From contig JBAXAI010000002.1 in the NCBI GenBank assembly GCA_037142615.1, positions 1-64,000 of the forward strand: a stretch of 64,000 bases of DNA, read 5' to 3'. Of the stretch, positions 9,745-18,554 are shown piece after piece. The notes beneath the pieces are model-generated. The model made no database searches, was not told the DNA's origin, and was given only the letters and a program-made list of their open reading frames with translations. The stretch comes from Spirochaetales bacterium. GTDB lineage: Bacteria > Spirochaetota > Spirochaetia > JABEVK01. The stretch's first letter is position 1. Every line of letters starts with the position of its first letter. A program made the position numbers and the translations under genes.

Positions 9745-12700
9745 ATGATTGCCGACAAACGCTTCGAAGTTCCGGTTCAGGCCGTCCCGACCCCGATTCT
9801 CAACAGCCCGTATGAAGAGCCCAAGGCCCATTGGATTTACAAAGACGGAGCGCCATTTCAGCAAGAAGGACGGCGACCGGCCTCGTACTGGTACAAGGAG
9901 AAGGGAGTTGGTACCGACCAGGGCGACCTATTTGCCGAGGAAGCGCGTGATGACCTCGTCTTGGTAAACCGGCTGCGCAAAGATGTCGGCCGCTGGCGCA
10001 AGTCGGGCTACAAGGGGGCCAGCCAGGTCACGAAGACCTTGCTCAAACACTGGGCGGACCCCATTCGCGGCCGCCGGTTGTTCTTCTGCCAGCTGGAGAG
10101 CGTTGAGACACTGATCTACTTGCTTGAAGTTGCCATTCCGGGTCGCCTGCCTTCCACAGACTACCGCACGTTCGAGGTCACTCAAGCCGCCATCGGTCAG
10201 CTACTGAACGGCGAGTTCCCGGACTCATTCACCGAACTCCGCAAGTCGGACACCTACTACCCGAAGCTCGTCGATCGTCCGGCGGACGAGTCCTTCTTGC
10301 CTTTGACCCGTATGGGCTGCAAGATGGCCACTGGCAGCGGTAAGACCCTGGTGATGGCCATGATGATCGCCTGGGCGTTCTGCAACCGTAGCCGCAACCC
10401 AGCCAGCCGACACTTCCCCAATGCCGTGGTGGTGTGCGCTCCAAACCTCACAGTGAAGAGCCGCTTGCAGGTTCTTCGCGCCGACACCGAGAACAACTAC
10501 TACGACCAGTTCAACCTGGTTCCGACGGCGTTCCGCGATGCGTTGAATGTCGGCAAGGTGCTAGTTACCAACTGGCACACGTTTGCCCTGGCCAGCGAGA
10601 ACTCCGAAGGCGATAAGACCTACAAAGTGGTTCAGAAGGGAGAGGAGTCCCCAGAGGCTTTCACCAGGAATCGCCTGTCCGACCTGGCAGACCGGCTGCC
10701 GCTGTTGGTTCTCAACGACGAGGGCCACCACTGCTGGCGTCCGGCTCCGGTTGAGCCCAAAACCCTGGCGGAACTCGAAGACGACCAGAAAGAAACCCTC
10801 AAGTCGGACCTGGAAGAAGCGCGAGTCTGGCTAGCTGGGCTCGACTTCATCAACAACTCGGGCCTGGCCGGGCGAGACGGCGACGTGCTTCGACGTGGAG
10901 TGCTCGCTTGCATAGACCTTTCGGCTACGCCGTACTACCTCGCGGGCAGTGGCTACGTGGAAGGCAGTCCCTTCCCTTGGCTGGTGAGCGACTTCGGACT
11001 GGTCGACGCCATCGAGTCCGGGATCGTCAAAGTGCCTCGCCTACCGGTCAAGGACAGCACCGGTGCTACCGACGAGGCCGGTCGCCCCGATCCGGAGTAC
11101 TTCCGGTTGTGGGACCATGTGGTCGAAAAGCTGACCAGCAAGGACAAAGTGGGCAAGAAATGGAAGGCAGATGCCCTGTACCGGGAAGCCGAGCCCGCCC
11201 TGCTTATGCTCTACTCCCAGTGGAAAGCCAAGTATGCCGCCTTGCTTGCCTCCAGCCGCGACGACAAACCCATTCCACCGGCGCTCATCGTCGTGTGTGA
11301 CAATACTGACCTGGCCCAGGCCATCTACGAAGCGATTTCCGGCGAGAAGAAAAATGCGGACGGAACGACGACTCGGACAACTTCGATGTTTCCCGAGTTC
11401 CAGAACTCCGACAATGAGCGTCACACCTTCCGGATTGACTCCAAACTCCTCGCGCTCGCCGAGGCAGAAGGCGACAAGACGAAGGACGAAGCTGCCTTGG
11501 CCCAGCGCAACCTGATCAACACCGTGGGTGTACGGGGCAAACCCGGCGAACAGGTACGCTGCGTAGTATCGGTTTCGATGCTCACCGAAGGCTGGGATGC
11601 CAACAACGTGACCCATGTCTTCGGACTAAGGCCCTTCCGCAGCCAGCTCTTGTGCGAACAGGTTGTTGGCCGAGGCCTCCGGCGGATGAGCTACACTCCC
11701 GACCCGATCACCGGCCTCCTGCCAGCCGAGTACGTGGATGTCTACGGCATTCCGTTTAGCCTAATCCCCTTCAAGGGGAGGGACACCACCAAACCGGAAC
11801 CGCCCGAAAAGCCCTACCACAACATCTTTGCCTTGCCCGAGCGCGAGGCATTTGAGATTCGCATCCCAGTCGTGGAAGGCTACACCTATGCACTGCGTGA
11901 AAGCGGTATCAAGTGCAACGTGGACGCCATCGAAGAGTACGAGATCGACGAGGACCCCACACACGTCTACCTTGCGGTGACCAGGGGAATCCGTGACCTC
12001 AAAGACCGCGTGCCCGAAGCCGACTTCGTCAAGCAGGACAAGACCGAGTTCTACCGGCAGGTCCGGGTCCAGCAAATCATTTTCAAGATCGCGCAACACA
12101 TCGTAGAGGACTTGGAACATGGGCAGGGGAAGGCCTATCAGAAGTCGAGGCACCAGCTGTTCCCAGAGGTACTCAAGATTGTCGAAGCCTTCGTGGAGCG
12201 CAGAGTCCGTCTCGGCGTTGGGGTCGACAAGCGTGAGATTGCGGCCGTGAAGCACGTGACGAGAATCCGCGAGTTGCTTCTGGCCGGGATTGTCCCTAAA
12301 GCAGCCAGCGAAGAGGCGCCTCTCATACCTTTGGTGAATCGGTTCCGTCCGGCCGTGGTGACGGGCGACGTGAACTACCGAACTTCGCGCGACGTGGAGA
12401 AGCTCGAAAAGAGCCACCTGAACTATGCTGAACTCCGGAGCAACGACGAGGCGCTCGCGATCCGCACCCTGGAAAATGCACCCAAGGTCCGCTGCTTCGC
12501 CCCCAACTCAAACAACCTTGGACTGAGCATCGGTTATGAGTACGAAGGGAATCAGCACCAGTACATCCCTGACTTCATTGTCGAGTTCCAGAGCGCTGAC
12601 GAGACCCGCCGGTTCCTTCTCCTGGAGATCAAGGGAGTTGGCGGCAAGCGTTGGGAACCCAATCAGGTCAACATCAAGAGCGAGATCGCCAAGAAGTGGT

Positions 12701-13344
12701 GCGATGCTGTTACCAACCTGAAGCGCTATGGGCAGTGGACCTTTGAAATCTGCGAGGAACCTGTCCGCCTTTCGAGCATTCTGGCCAACTTCGGCAAAGA
12801 CTCTGCGGTCGTCGAGCCCTGGAAGATCATTATGCACGAGTTTCAGAAGCCCTGGCAGAACTGCCTGCCAGTCGTCGCGCTCAAGACTGCCGCCGGATAC
12901 TGGAGCCGCGAACAGCTCAACCTGGAAGACGCGCCCGAGTGGGCTGACCTGTGGGTCCAGCCCGAAGGGCAGGAGGGACCTTGGCCGAGTGGCAGCTTCA
13001 TTGCCCAAGTGCAGGGCGACTCGATGGAGCCCCGGGTCCCCAACGGTTCCTGGTGCATCTTCACGCCTCCCAAGGCCGGTTCCCGGGAAGGGAGGGCCGT
13101 GTTGGTGTGGCACTCCGGAATCTCAGACCCGCACACGGGGGGCCAATACACACTGAAGGTCTATCACTCTGAGAAGAAGCAAGACGAGGAATCGGACTGG
13201 GTTCACAACCGTGTTGTTCTCAAGCCGCTGAATCCAGCCTACAACCCCATTGTGCTGGAGCCCCAGGACGAAGGCGAGGTGAGGGTGCTGGCGGAGTTGA
13301 GTACAGTGCTAAGGGCCGAAGGCGGCGTGAGTCGTGGAGTTTGA
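9745..13344 (+). CDS. type III-like restriction subunit (SF2 ATPase + PD-(D/E)XK) with a C-terminal S24/LexA-like peptidase domain
   Basis: KMATGSGKT, NDEGHH, SAT, EGWD, QVVGRGLR; nuclease YIPDF..LLEIKG; C-terminal TAAG..QGDSMEP..YTLK..LKPLNP. Confidence 0.9.
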   Translation: MIADKRFEVPVQAVPTPILNSPYEEPKAHWIYKDGAPFQQEGRRPASYWYKEKGVGTDQGDLFAEEARDDLVLVNRLRKDVGRWRKSGYKGASQVTKTLLKHWADPIRGRRLFFCQLESVETLIYLLEVAIPGRLPSTDYRTFEVTQAAIGQLLNGEFPDSFTELRKSDTYYPKLVDRPADESFLPLTRMGCKMATGSGKTLVMAMMIAWAFCNRSRNPASRHFPNAVVVCAPNLTVKSRLQVLRADTENNYYDQFNLVPTAFRDALNVGKVLVTNWHTFALASENSEGDKTYKVVQKGEESPEAFTRNRLSDLADRLPLLVLNDEGHHCWRPAPVEPKTLAELEDDQKETLKSDLEEARVWLAGLDFINNSGLAGRDGDVLRRGVLACIDLSATPYYLAGSGYVEGSPFPWLVSDFGLVDAIESGIVKVPRLPVKDSTGATDEAGRPDPEYFRLWDHVVEKLTSKDKVGKKWKADALYREAEPALLMLYSQWKAKYAALLASSRDDKPIPPALIVVCDNTDLAQAIYEAISGEKKNADGTTTRTTSMFPEFQNSDNERHTFRIDSKLLALAEAEGDKTKDEAALAQRNLINTVGVRGKPGEQVRCVVSVSMLTEGWDANNVTHVFGLRPFRSQLLCEQVVGRGLRRMSYTPDPITGLLPAEYVDVYGIPFSLIPFKGRDTTKPEPPEKPYHNIFALPEREAFEIRIPVVEGYTYALRESGIKCNVDAIEEYEIDEDPTHVYLAVTRGIRDLKDRVPEADFVKQDKTEFYRQVRVQQIIFKIAQHIVEDLEHGQGKAYQKSRHQLFPEVLKIVEAFVERRVRLGVGVDKREIAAVKHVTRIRELLLAGIVPKAASEEAPLIPLVNRFRPAVVTGDVNYRTSRDVEKLEKSHLNYAELRSNDEALAIRTLENAPKVRCFAPNSNNLGLSIGYEYEGNQHQYIPDFIVEFQSADETRRFLLLEIKGVGGKRWEPNQVNIKSEIAKKWCDAVTNLKRYGQWTFEICEEPVRLSSILANFGKDSAVVEPWKIIMHEFQKPWQNCLPVVALKTAAGYWSREQLNLEDAPEWADLWVQPEGQEGPWPSGSFIAQVQGDSMEPRVPNGSWCIFTPPKAGSREGRAVLVWHSGISDPHTGGQYTLKVYHSEKKQDEESDWVHNRVVLKPLNPAYNPIVLEPQDEGEVRVLAELSTVLRAEGGVSRGV

Positions 13345-13906
13345 GTCACCCAAGAGCGGCAAACAGGACGACAGTCTTCATAGCGTCGCGGGCTTTGCGT
13401 TTGTACAAGAATTGCTGGGAAAGGTCGAGCGCAAGGAGACACCGACAGGAGTCGCTGTGGCGACTCTACGTTCCGAACTACGTAGGGTGCAACTCGGCTT
13501 CTTTGTTGGGGATGCTGAAGTTATGCTCCCTGAAAACGAGGTCGATTTCGGGTCGTTCCTTCGAACGCGCAGGAGCTACATCGAACAACTTGAGAGTACG
13601 CTCCTGGAGTTGGAGGAAATAGACTCCATCGGGATTGCCGACGAAATTGCCGATCCCAAACAGAAGGAGCTAGCCCCACTGCGCTGGAACGGTGCAACGG
13701 CGGCTTTCTGGCAGGTTTTCGACTTGCTGAAATCAGAGAAGCTGATTTCCGGAACGAGGAAAAATTGGGGCGCGCATTTTCTCGATGCCAAAGGAGAGCC
13801 CTTTGCAGGGGACGGTAGCCAGAACCTCCAAAAAGCAGGTCCTCTGACTCCTTCGCTCGTTCGCAAGATCGCCAAAATCGCAGAGGAAACCGACGGCAAG
13901 GAATAA
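13334..13906 (+). CDS. hypothetical protein, C-terminus loosely RteC-like
   Basis: 190-aa ORF before the xis genes; LRWNGA..FWQVFDLLKSEKLI resembles the RteC-type W-x-G helix motif (recalled, unverified). Confidence 0.55.
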   Translation: MEFESPKSGKQDDSLHSVAGFAFVQELLGKVERKETPTGVAVATLRSELRRVQLGFFVGDAEVMLPENEVDFGSFLRTRRSYIEQLESTLLELEEIDSIGIADEIADPKQKELAPLRWNGATAAFWQVFDLLKSEKLISGTRKNWGAHFLDAKGEPFAGDGSQNLQKAGPLTPSLVRKIAKIAEETDGKE

Positions 13907-13993
13907 GGCAAACCAAGACAAACTCGCAGACAAACCCTAGGCGAGCCAATCAGATGCAACGTGATCTTGCGACCTCAAAGGAGGGGTCACAAG

Positions 13994-14233
13994 ATGCACA
14001 ATAGCGACAATCCACGCACCTACTTGAAGCTCAAGGAGGCTGCGGCATACCTCCAAATCTCCCCCCACACACTTCACAGGTGGACGAGCAAGGGGATCAT
14101 CCCCTTCTACAAGCCCAATGGGCGGGTGACCTACTTCCGGCGCGAGGAGCTGGATGCCTGGCTAACGCACAATCGAAGTGCGGCGAACTACGAAGCCACA
14201 TACTTGGCTGAGTCACGGGGCTGGAAACCATGA
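13994..14233 (+). CDS. excisionase-family helix-turn-helix protein
   Basis: YLKLKEAAAYLQISPHTLHRW..G.IP..K..GRVTYFRREELDAW; GGAGG upstream of ATG 13994. Confidence 0.88.
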   Translation: MHNSDNPRTYLKLKEAAAYLQISPHTLHRWTSKGIIPFYKPNGRVTYFRREELDAWLTHNRSAANYEATYLAESRGWKP

Positions 14234-14436
14234 GCGGTGCCAACTTTTTGACTCCCCGGGAGGTCTGCAAAGTCCTCAAGGTTTCCTACCCCAAACTTCT
14301 GCGACTGGTCAGGGATCACGAAGTGCCCGTGGTTCGGATTGGCAACCGCCTCATCTTCCCGGCTTCCTACCTGGAGTCCCTTGAGGCCAAGGCCTATGGC
14401 TCCGTCAAGGAGGTCGCCGATGTCAGCAACGACTAA
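14230..14436 (+). CDS. second excisionase-family HTH protein
   Basis: FLTPREVCKVLKVSY..L.RLV...EVPVVRIGNRLIFP; ATGA coupling. Confidence 0.85.
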   Translation: MSGANFLTPREVCKVLKVSYPKLLRLVRDHEVPVVRIGNRLIFPASYLESLEAKAYGSVKEVADVSND

Positions 14437-14614
14437 GGCGGTGCGCCTGCTGGATACCGTGAAAGCAGACCTGCTGCGAGCCTTCAGTTCCATTCCCGAC
14501 TTCGGGACCGTCGGCTTCACGGTCTACTTCAACGAAGGCGAGCCTGTGCGCTGCGAGTGGTCCGGTTCCACCAGCACATTACTCGGCCCCCGTGCCGAAA
14601 GGAGCCTCAAGTGA
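14420..14614 (+). CDS. small hypothetical protein
   Basis: AAGGAGG RBS before ATG 14420; overlaps both neighbours in an operon-like arrangement. Confidence 0.6.
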   Translation: MSATTKAVRLLDTVKADLLRAFSSIPDFGTVGFTVYFNEGEPVRCEWSGSTSTLLGPRAERSLK

Positions 14615-15093
14615 CGCGACCCGAATACGTGCTGAGGTTTCGAGCCTTGAAGACAACAGTCTTCGAACACCTAAAAACTGATGGTGGGCGATACGAGTTT
14701 GCAACCCCCCGCAAGAAGAAGGACCTGCACATTTCGGTTATCTCCGTGAATCCGCGAGGTGAGCTGGTCGACGGCAAACCGCAGTACTACGTGAAGAACG
14801 GCCGGGGCGAGGTCCTAACCGGGCTCTACTTTGATCCCGCCACCGGGACTGGGTACGGCAACTTCGAAAAACGCGACACGCTGATCTTCCTGTGGGACCG
14901 GGAAGCGTGCCTGATAACCGTGCTCGTGCTCAAGGACCGATCCAAGGGTGCAGCGGAGGACAAGCTCTGGCATGACCGATTCCTCAAGGGTGGAGTGGCC
15001 CGGGAGACGCCTTCTGGCAAGGTGTCCATGAATACAGTGGTTTTGGAGACAGAATCTGCAACAGGCAGCCCCCAAGGAGAAATCAATGATTGA
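14611..15093 (+). CDS. hypothetical protein
   Basis: AAGGAG RBS then GTG 14611 overlapping the previous stop (GTGA). Confidence 0.65.
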   Translation: MTRPEYVLRFRALKTTVFEHLKTDGGRYEFATPRKKKDLHISVISVNPRGELVDGKPQYYVKNGRGEVLTGLYFDPATGTGYGNFEKRDTLIFLWDREACLITVLVLKDRSKGAAEDKLWHDRFLKGGVARETPSGKVSMNTVVLETESATGSPQGEIND

Positions 15094-15961
15094 CCTGATC
15101 TCTGTTTATCTCCCTGGCCAGAGACCGACTTCTGACGTGGACTTCACACAAACGACCCGGCGCTTTGGAACGAGAATGGCTGACAAGAACTTGCTCATTC
15201 GGCCATACAAGGATGGTACTCTCCTTCAAGGGAGTCTTCCCAAATACTGGGCTGGAGAGAATGCTTCTACCTTGAGTCGCTTCCAACTCCAGGCCACGTT
15301 GTCAAAACTTGAGGCGAGAACTGGATTGGACCTCCGAGAGGGCAAACTCTTCGCCTTCGAAGTGGGTAAGACTCTGCTCGTCAACCGGCCGCCTCGCGAG
15401 TACCTGGATACTTGGTACTCTTTCGGAAGGTTCAAGAAGTGGACCGTGGCGGACTGCCAGACCGTCAAGTTCGTTACCGAGGGTCGGTCGTTCATCGGTT
15501 ACGACAAGCGACTCCAGATGAAAGGGCAGCCCATGCCCGAAGTCTTCGCGGGTTATCACGCTCTCCGTATGGAACTCAAATACCGCAACCGGAAGGCGGT
15601 TTGGAAGATCTATGGGCGAAATCTGAGTCCGTGGGACCTCACAGAGCGCCATGTGCTGGATGACTTGGAGAACAGGTGGAGAGAGTTTTACCGGCGAATT
15701 CCCAAGCCACGACAAGTCAGGATTGATCTTGCAGGACTAACCCAGAAGGAGTTCATGACGGTTTTGGCTCACGTCGGGGCCAAGAGCTACGGCTATGACA
15801 GGATGAACCATCTGCTTTCCGATGGCCAGAAGGCGGGCGATGTTGACCGCTACGTGACTTCCCGAATCAAAGCAGCACTTCGTGAGATTGCTGCCGACGA
15901 TCGACTGACCGATACGACCAGCCTTACCGAGGAGGTAGACGATGCAGTACGACGAAGTTGA
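15086..15961 (+). CDS. phage/plasmid replication initiator, gene II/X (Rep_trans-like) family
   Basis: GSLPKY..GEN, FIGYDK and LRMELK motifs; AAGGAG RBS; located after the xis genes. Confidence 0.7.
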   Translation: MIDLISVYLPGQRPTSDVDFTQTTRRFGTRMADKNLLIRPYKDGTLLQGSLPKYWAGENASTLSRFQLQATLSKLEARTGLDLREGKLFAFEVGKTLLVNRPPREYLDTWYSFGRFKKWTVADCQTVKFVTEGRSFIGYDKRLQMKGQPMPEVFAGYHALRMELKYRNRKAVWKIYGRNLSPWDLTERHVLDDLENRWREFYRRIPKPRQVRIDLAGLTQKEFMTVLAHVGAKSYGYDRMNHLLSDGQKAGDVDRYVTSRIKAALREIAADDRLTDTTSLTEEVDDAVRRS

Positions 15962-16220
15962 CATTGGACCTGACTGGAAGGCGGGCGACGTCCTGACACT
16001 CCTCATTATAGGGATTAACGCTCTTTCGGATGACCTCGAGATGCTACCTTTGAATGACCTCTCACCACTTAAGTTCGCTCTCCTGCAAGAGGTCGCCGGG
16101 TGGCTTCTGACATCGATGAAGGACTCAGCTCGAAATAGTCTTCTCCGGGAAATAGAGGCAATGCCAAAGGATGGTGTTCCGCCAACTGTAGTACTCCAGT
16201 GGTCGAAGACTCTCGACTGA
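15942..16220 (+). CDS. hypothetical protein
   Basis: GGAGG RBS, overlaps the rep 3' end; 92 aa. Confidence 0.5.
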   Translation: MQYDEVDIGPDWKAGDVLTLLIIGINALSDDLEMLPLNDLSPLKFALLQEVAGWLLTSMKDSARNSLLREIEAMPKDGVPPTVVLQWSKTLD

Positions 16221-16393
16221 CTCCCAGGTTGCTTGAATAGAGTGCCAAGTCTTGTCCCTTCCAGACCGCAAACCTACGTCTGGAGGGGACGTTTTCTGTT
16301 GGTGTTGGGGAGTGGCCGCAGTCTCGAATTGTCCAGACTGCTGGTTTACCGCCCCAAACCTACCGTCCCAATCGCCCCAGAACCATTTCATTT

Positions 16394-16508
16394 CGCCCCG
16401 AATAACGCCCCGAATAACGCCCCGAATCTGGCGTGAACCGAACGAACCAAACGGTCCTGAACCGAACGAACCGAACGAAAACACCCAAACCAACCGAACG
16501 AACCGAAC
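16394..16508. repeat. short tandem repeats (CGCCCCGAATAA x2.8; GAACCGAAC-type x6), possible origin/iterons
   Basis: 12-mer at 16394, 16406, 16418; 9-mer variants at 16435, 16444, 16459, 16468, 16491, 16500. Confidence 0.8.
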
Positions 16509-16616
16509 GGAAACTCCGTCGCCAGGATCAAAACCAATTGCGGACAGGCGCTCTATAGTGCACCGACAGTACACCAGAGTCAGGTATCATCGTTTCAGGA
16601 CGAGAGGTGCCAATAG

Positions 16617-17360
16617 ATGGAACTGAACTTTGCTGCAGACTATGACTTCGTTGGCGTAGTCAACGAGCTCGAAGCTTTTCATGCCGACGTTGACCAGCGC
16701 GCACAGCGTGGAGACCATGAAAAAGACATCTACCAACCGAGCCGGTACCTCGATACACTGAGGCACCTCCATGTCCATCAGGGCTGCGTCCTCGACTATA
16801 TACCAGACTTGAGCGACAATGGCTCGCCACAGCTCTACGTTCGGCCAGCCGACAGCGAAGCCCTGGTTTCTCGCTCCGAGTTCGAGAGTAGCCGGAGAGA
16901 CGGCAAGTTTGCCAACATGACGGACTACATGGTTTACCTGGATAGAGCTGGTGCCTTTCCCGATTGGCCGAGCATGATCCACCCCGATGACACGCCGGAG
17001 TCTTATTTTGAACTAGCTCTTCTGGCCCGCGTGGGCGGCCGCTGTCTGCTGCGATGGCACGCAGGGTATGAGGCTGTGAAGGTGTTCACTCTCGCCGAAC
17101 AGGTTGGACGTTTGGGCAATGACTTGGAGCGGAGCGAGTTCGAGATTCAGCTTCCCGACGATGTACTCAAAGCTGCTTTGTCACTGGACTTCATGCCCAA
17201 GGTCAACGGACTCAAGAGCGCGGTCCGGGTAAGGTTCATTACCTTCTCTAACTGGGCAGGTTTTCAGCGGCATACGGCGCTCATCGGGGGGCGGAGTCCC
17301 TTCACTTTGAAGGAGTCGTCAGAGGACCTCGTGCCATTTAGCTGCGGTATCGTTTTTTAG
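16617..17360 (+). CDS. hypothetical protein
   Basis: 247-aa ORF, GAGAGG RBS; no family recognised. Confidence 0.7.
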   Translation: MELNFAADYDFVGVVNELEAFHADVDQRAQRGDHEKDIYQPSRYLDTLRHLHVHQGCVLDYIPDLSDNGSPQLYVRPADSEALVSRSEFESSRRDGKFANMTDYMVYLDRAGAFPDWPSMIHPDDTPESYFELALLARVGGRCLLRWHAGYEAVKVFTLAEQVGRLGNDLERSEFEIQLPDDVLKAALSLDFMPKVNGLKSAVRVRFITFSNWAGFQRHTALIGGRSPFTLKESSEDLVPFSCGIVF

Positions 17361-17417
17361 TGTCGCTGCCGGTTGACCCTGCGGGGGAACCATCCCAAAA
17401 TCATATTGGAGGAAGCC

Positions 17418-18515
17418 TTGAGTCACGATCTTGGACAACAAGCGGTAAATCAGCTCATTGATCTGTGGCAGATTGATAAGCACCGAATGGTGCGGACCGA
17501 AAATGGTTTTGACTGGTGGCCGGGACAGAACAAAATCTCAGTTCAAGTCCAAGAGGGTGAAACGGCGGAGTCCGCGGGAACATGGAGAATCCGTATTGTG
17601 ACCGATTTTGTGAAAGAAGTCGACCTGACCCTAGATGCCAACACACAGGCCTTGTCGAAATTCGCTCGCTTCAGCCCGTCCTACGGTCTCTCGTACACGC
17701 CAACAGGACTCGAACCGGACCTGGGAATCACGAGCGACAGCAGAGTGTTCCTTTCGACGACTGGTTACCTGAGGGAAGATATGATTTCCTGGATGCCGAA
17801 GTTCTTAAGCGGAATGGCTATTCTTCAGGCTATCGACACAAGTTTGGCCGCCATCAAGACAAGTCGAATCCTCCACGGTGTTTCTGATACCAGCGGACCA
17901 AATAGCATTCAGGCTGACGACAACCACGACGAAATGCTTGATCTCGGCTCGACCTTCTTTGTTCCCAAAGGAAAGGAGCGCAACTTTTTCGATGGCCTCG
18001 ACGAGTACGAACAGTTCGCCGCGAATTACGGCCGCTCCGCGAATTGTTATGGAAACGGCGACTCGACAGGTCTGACGTTTGAAACGCCTCTCGGTGAACA
18101 ATCAATTCTGATTCGGTTAAGGACAACGCCAGAACATCCCGCGCTTGGCAAGGGCCTCCAAGTAACGATGCAGCTTCCGCTCGAACAAACGGAAGCAGAA
18201 ACGATTCAACACTGCTCGTGGCTTAACTTTCTTGAATCAATGGCCTGGACAAATACGCCTCAGTTGGGCTCTTGGCATGCCCAGCCAGCTCGAGTTGGAC
18301 TCAACGATCCCGACACGAGACAAGGCCACTATCAGATTGCCTACGGATGTTTTGTCCCCAATGCACTGTTTAGCCATGGCATCGTTACGAATCTTGCTCT
18401 TTGGCAACTTGGAAGGGCGAGCTGGGTAAAGTCGGTACTCTTTCCGGACCTCAAGGACCTGACAATGCCCGAAATCCTGAACAGGCGGTTCGGTATCAAG
18501 GACTCATCGGTTTGA
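17418..18515 (+). CDS. hypothetical protein
   Basis: Long ORF; GGAGG before TTG 17418; Trp-rich; no confident family. Confidence 0.75.
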   Translation: MSHDLGQQAVNQLIDLWQIDKHRMVRTENGFDWWPGQNKISVQVQEGETAESAGTWRIRIVTDFVKEVDLTLDANTQALSKFARFSPSYGLSYTPTGLEPDLGITSDSRVFLSTTGYLREDMISWMPKFLSGMAILQAIDTSLAAIKTSRILHGVSDTSGPNSIQADDNHDEMLDLGSTFFVPKGKERNFFDGLDEYEQFAANYGRSANCYGNGDSTGLTFETPLGEQSILIRLRTTPEHPALGKGLQVTMQLPLEQTEAETIQHCSWLNFLESMAWTNTPQLGSWHAQPARVGLNDPDTRQGHYQIAYGCFVPNALFSHGIVTNLALWQLGRASWVKSVLFPDLKDLTMPEILNRRFGIKDSSV

Positions 18516-18554
18516 GACTCGTGATGCGGTACCAAAGCACCGCCACCTGAACGA

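Noticed and set aside
16125-16626. ORFs with PRIT/EPN or GVIR/FGS repeats on both strands
   Set aside because: They are translations of 12- and 9-bp DNA repeats whose lengths are multiples of 3; no RBS
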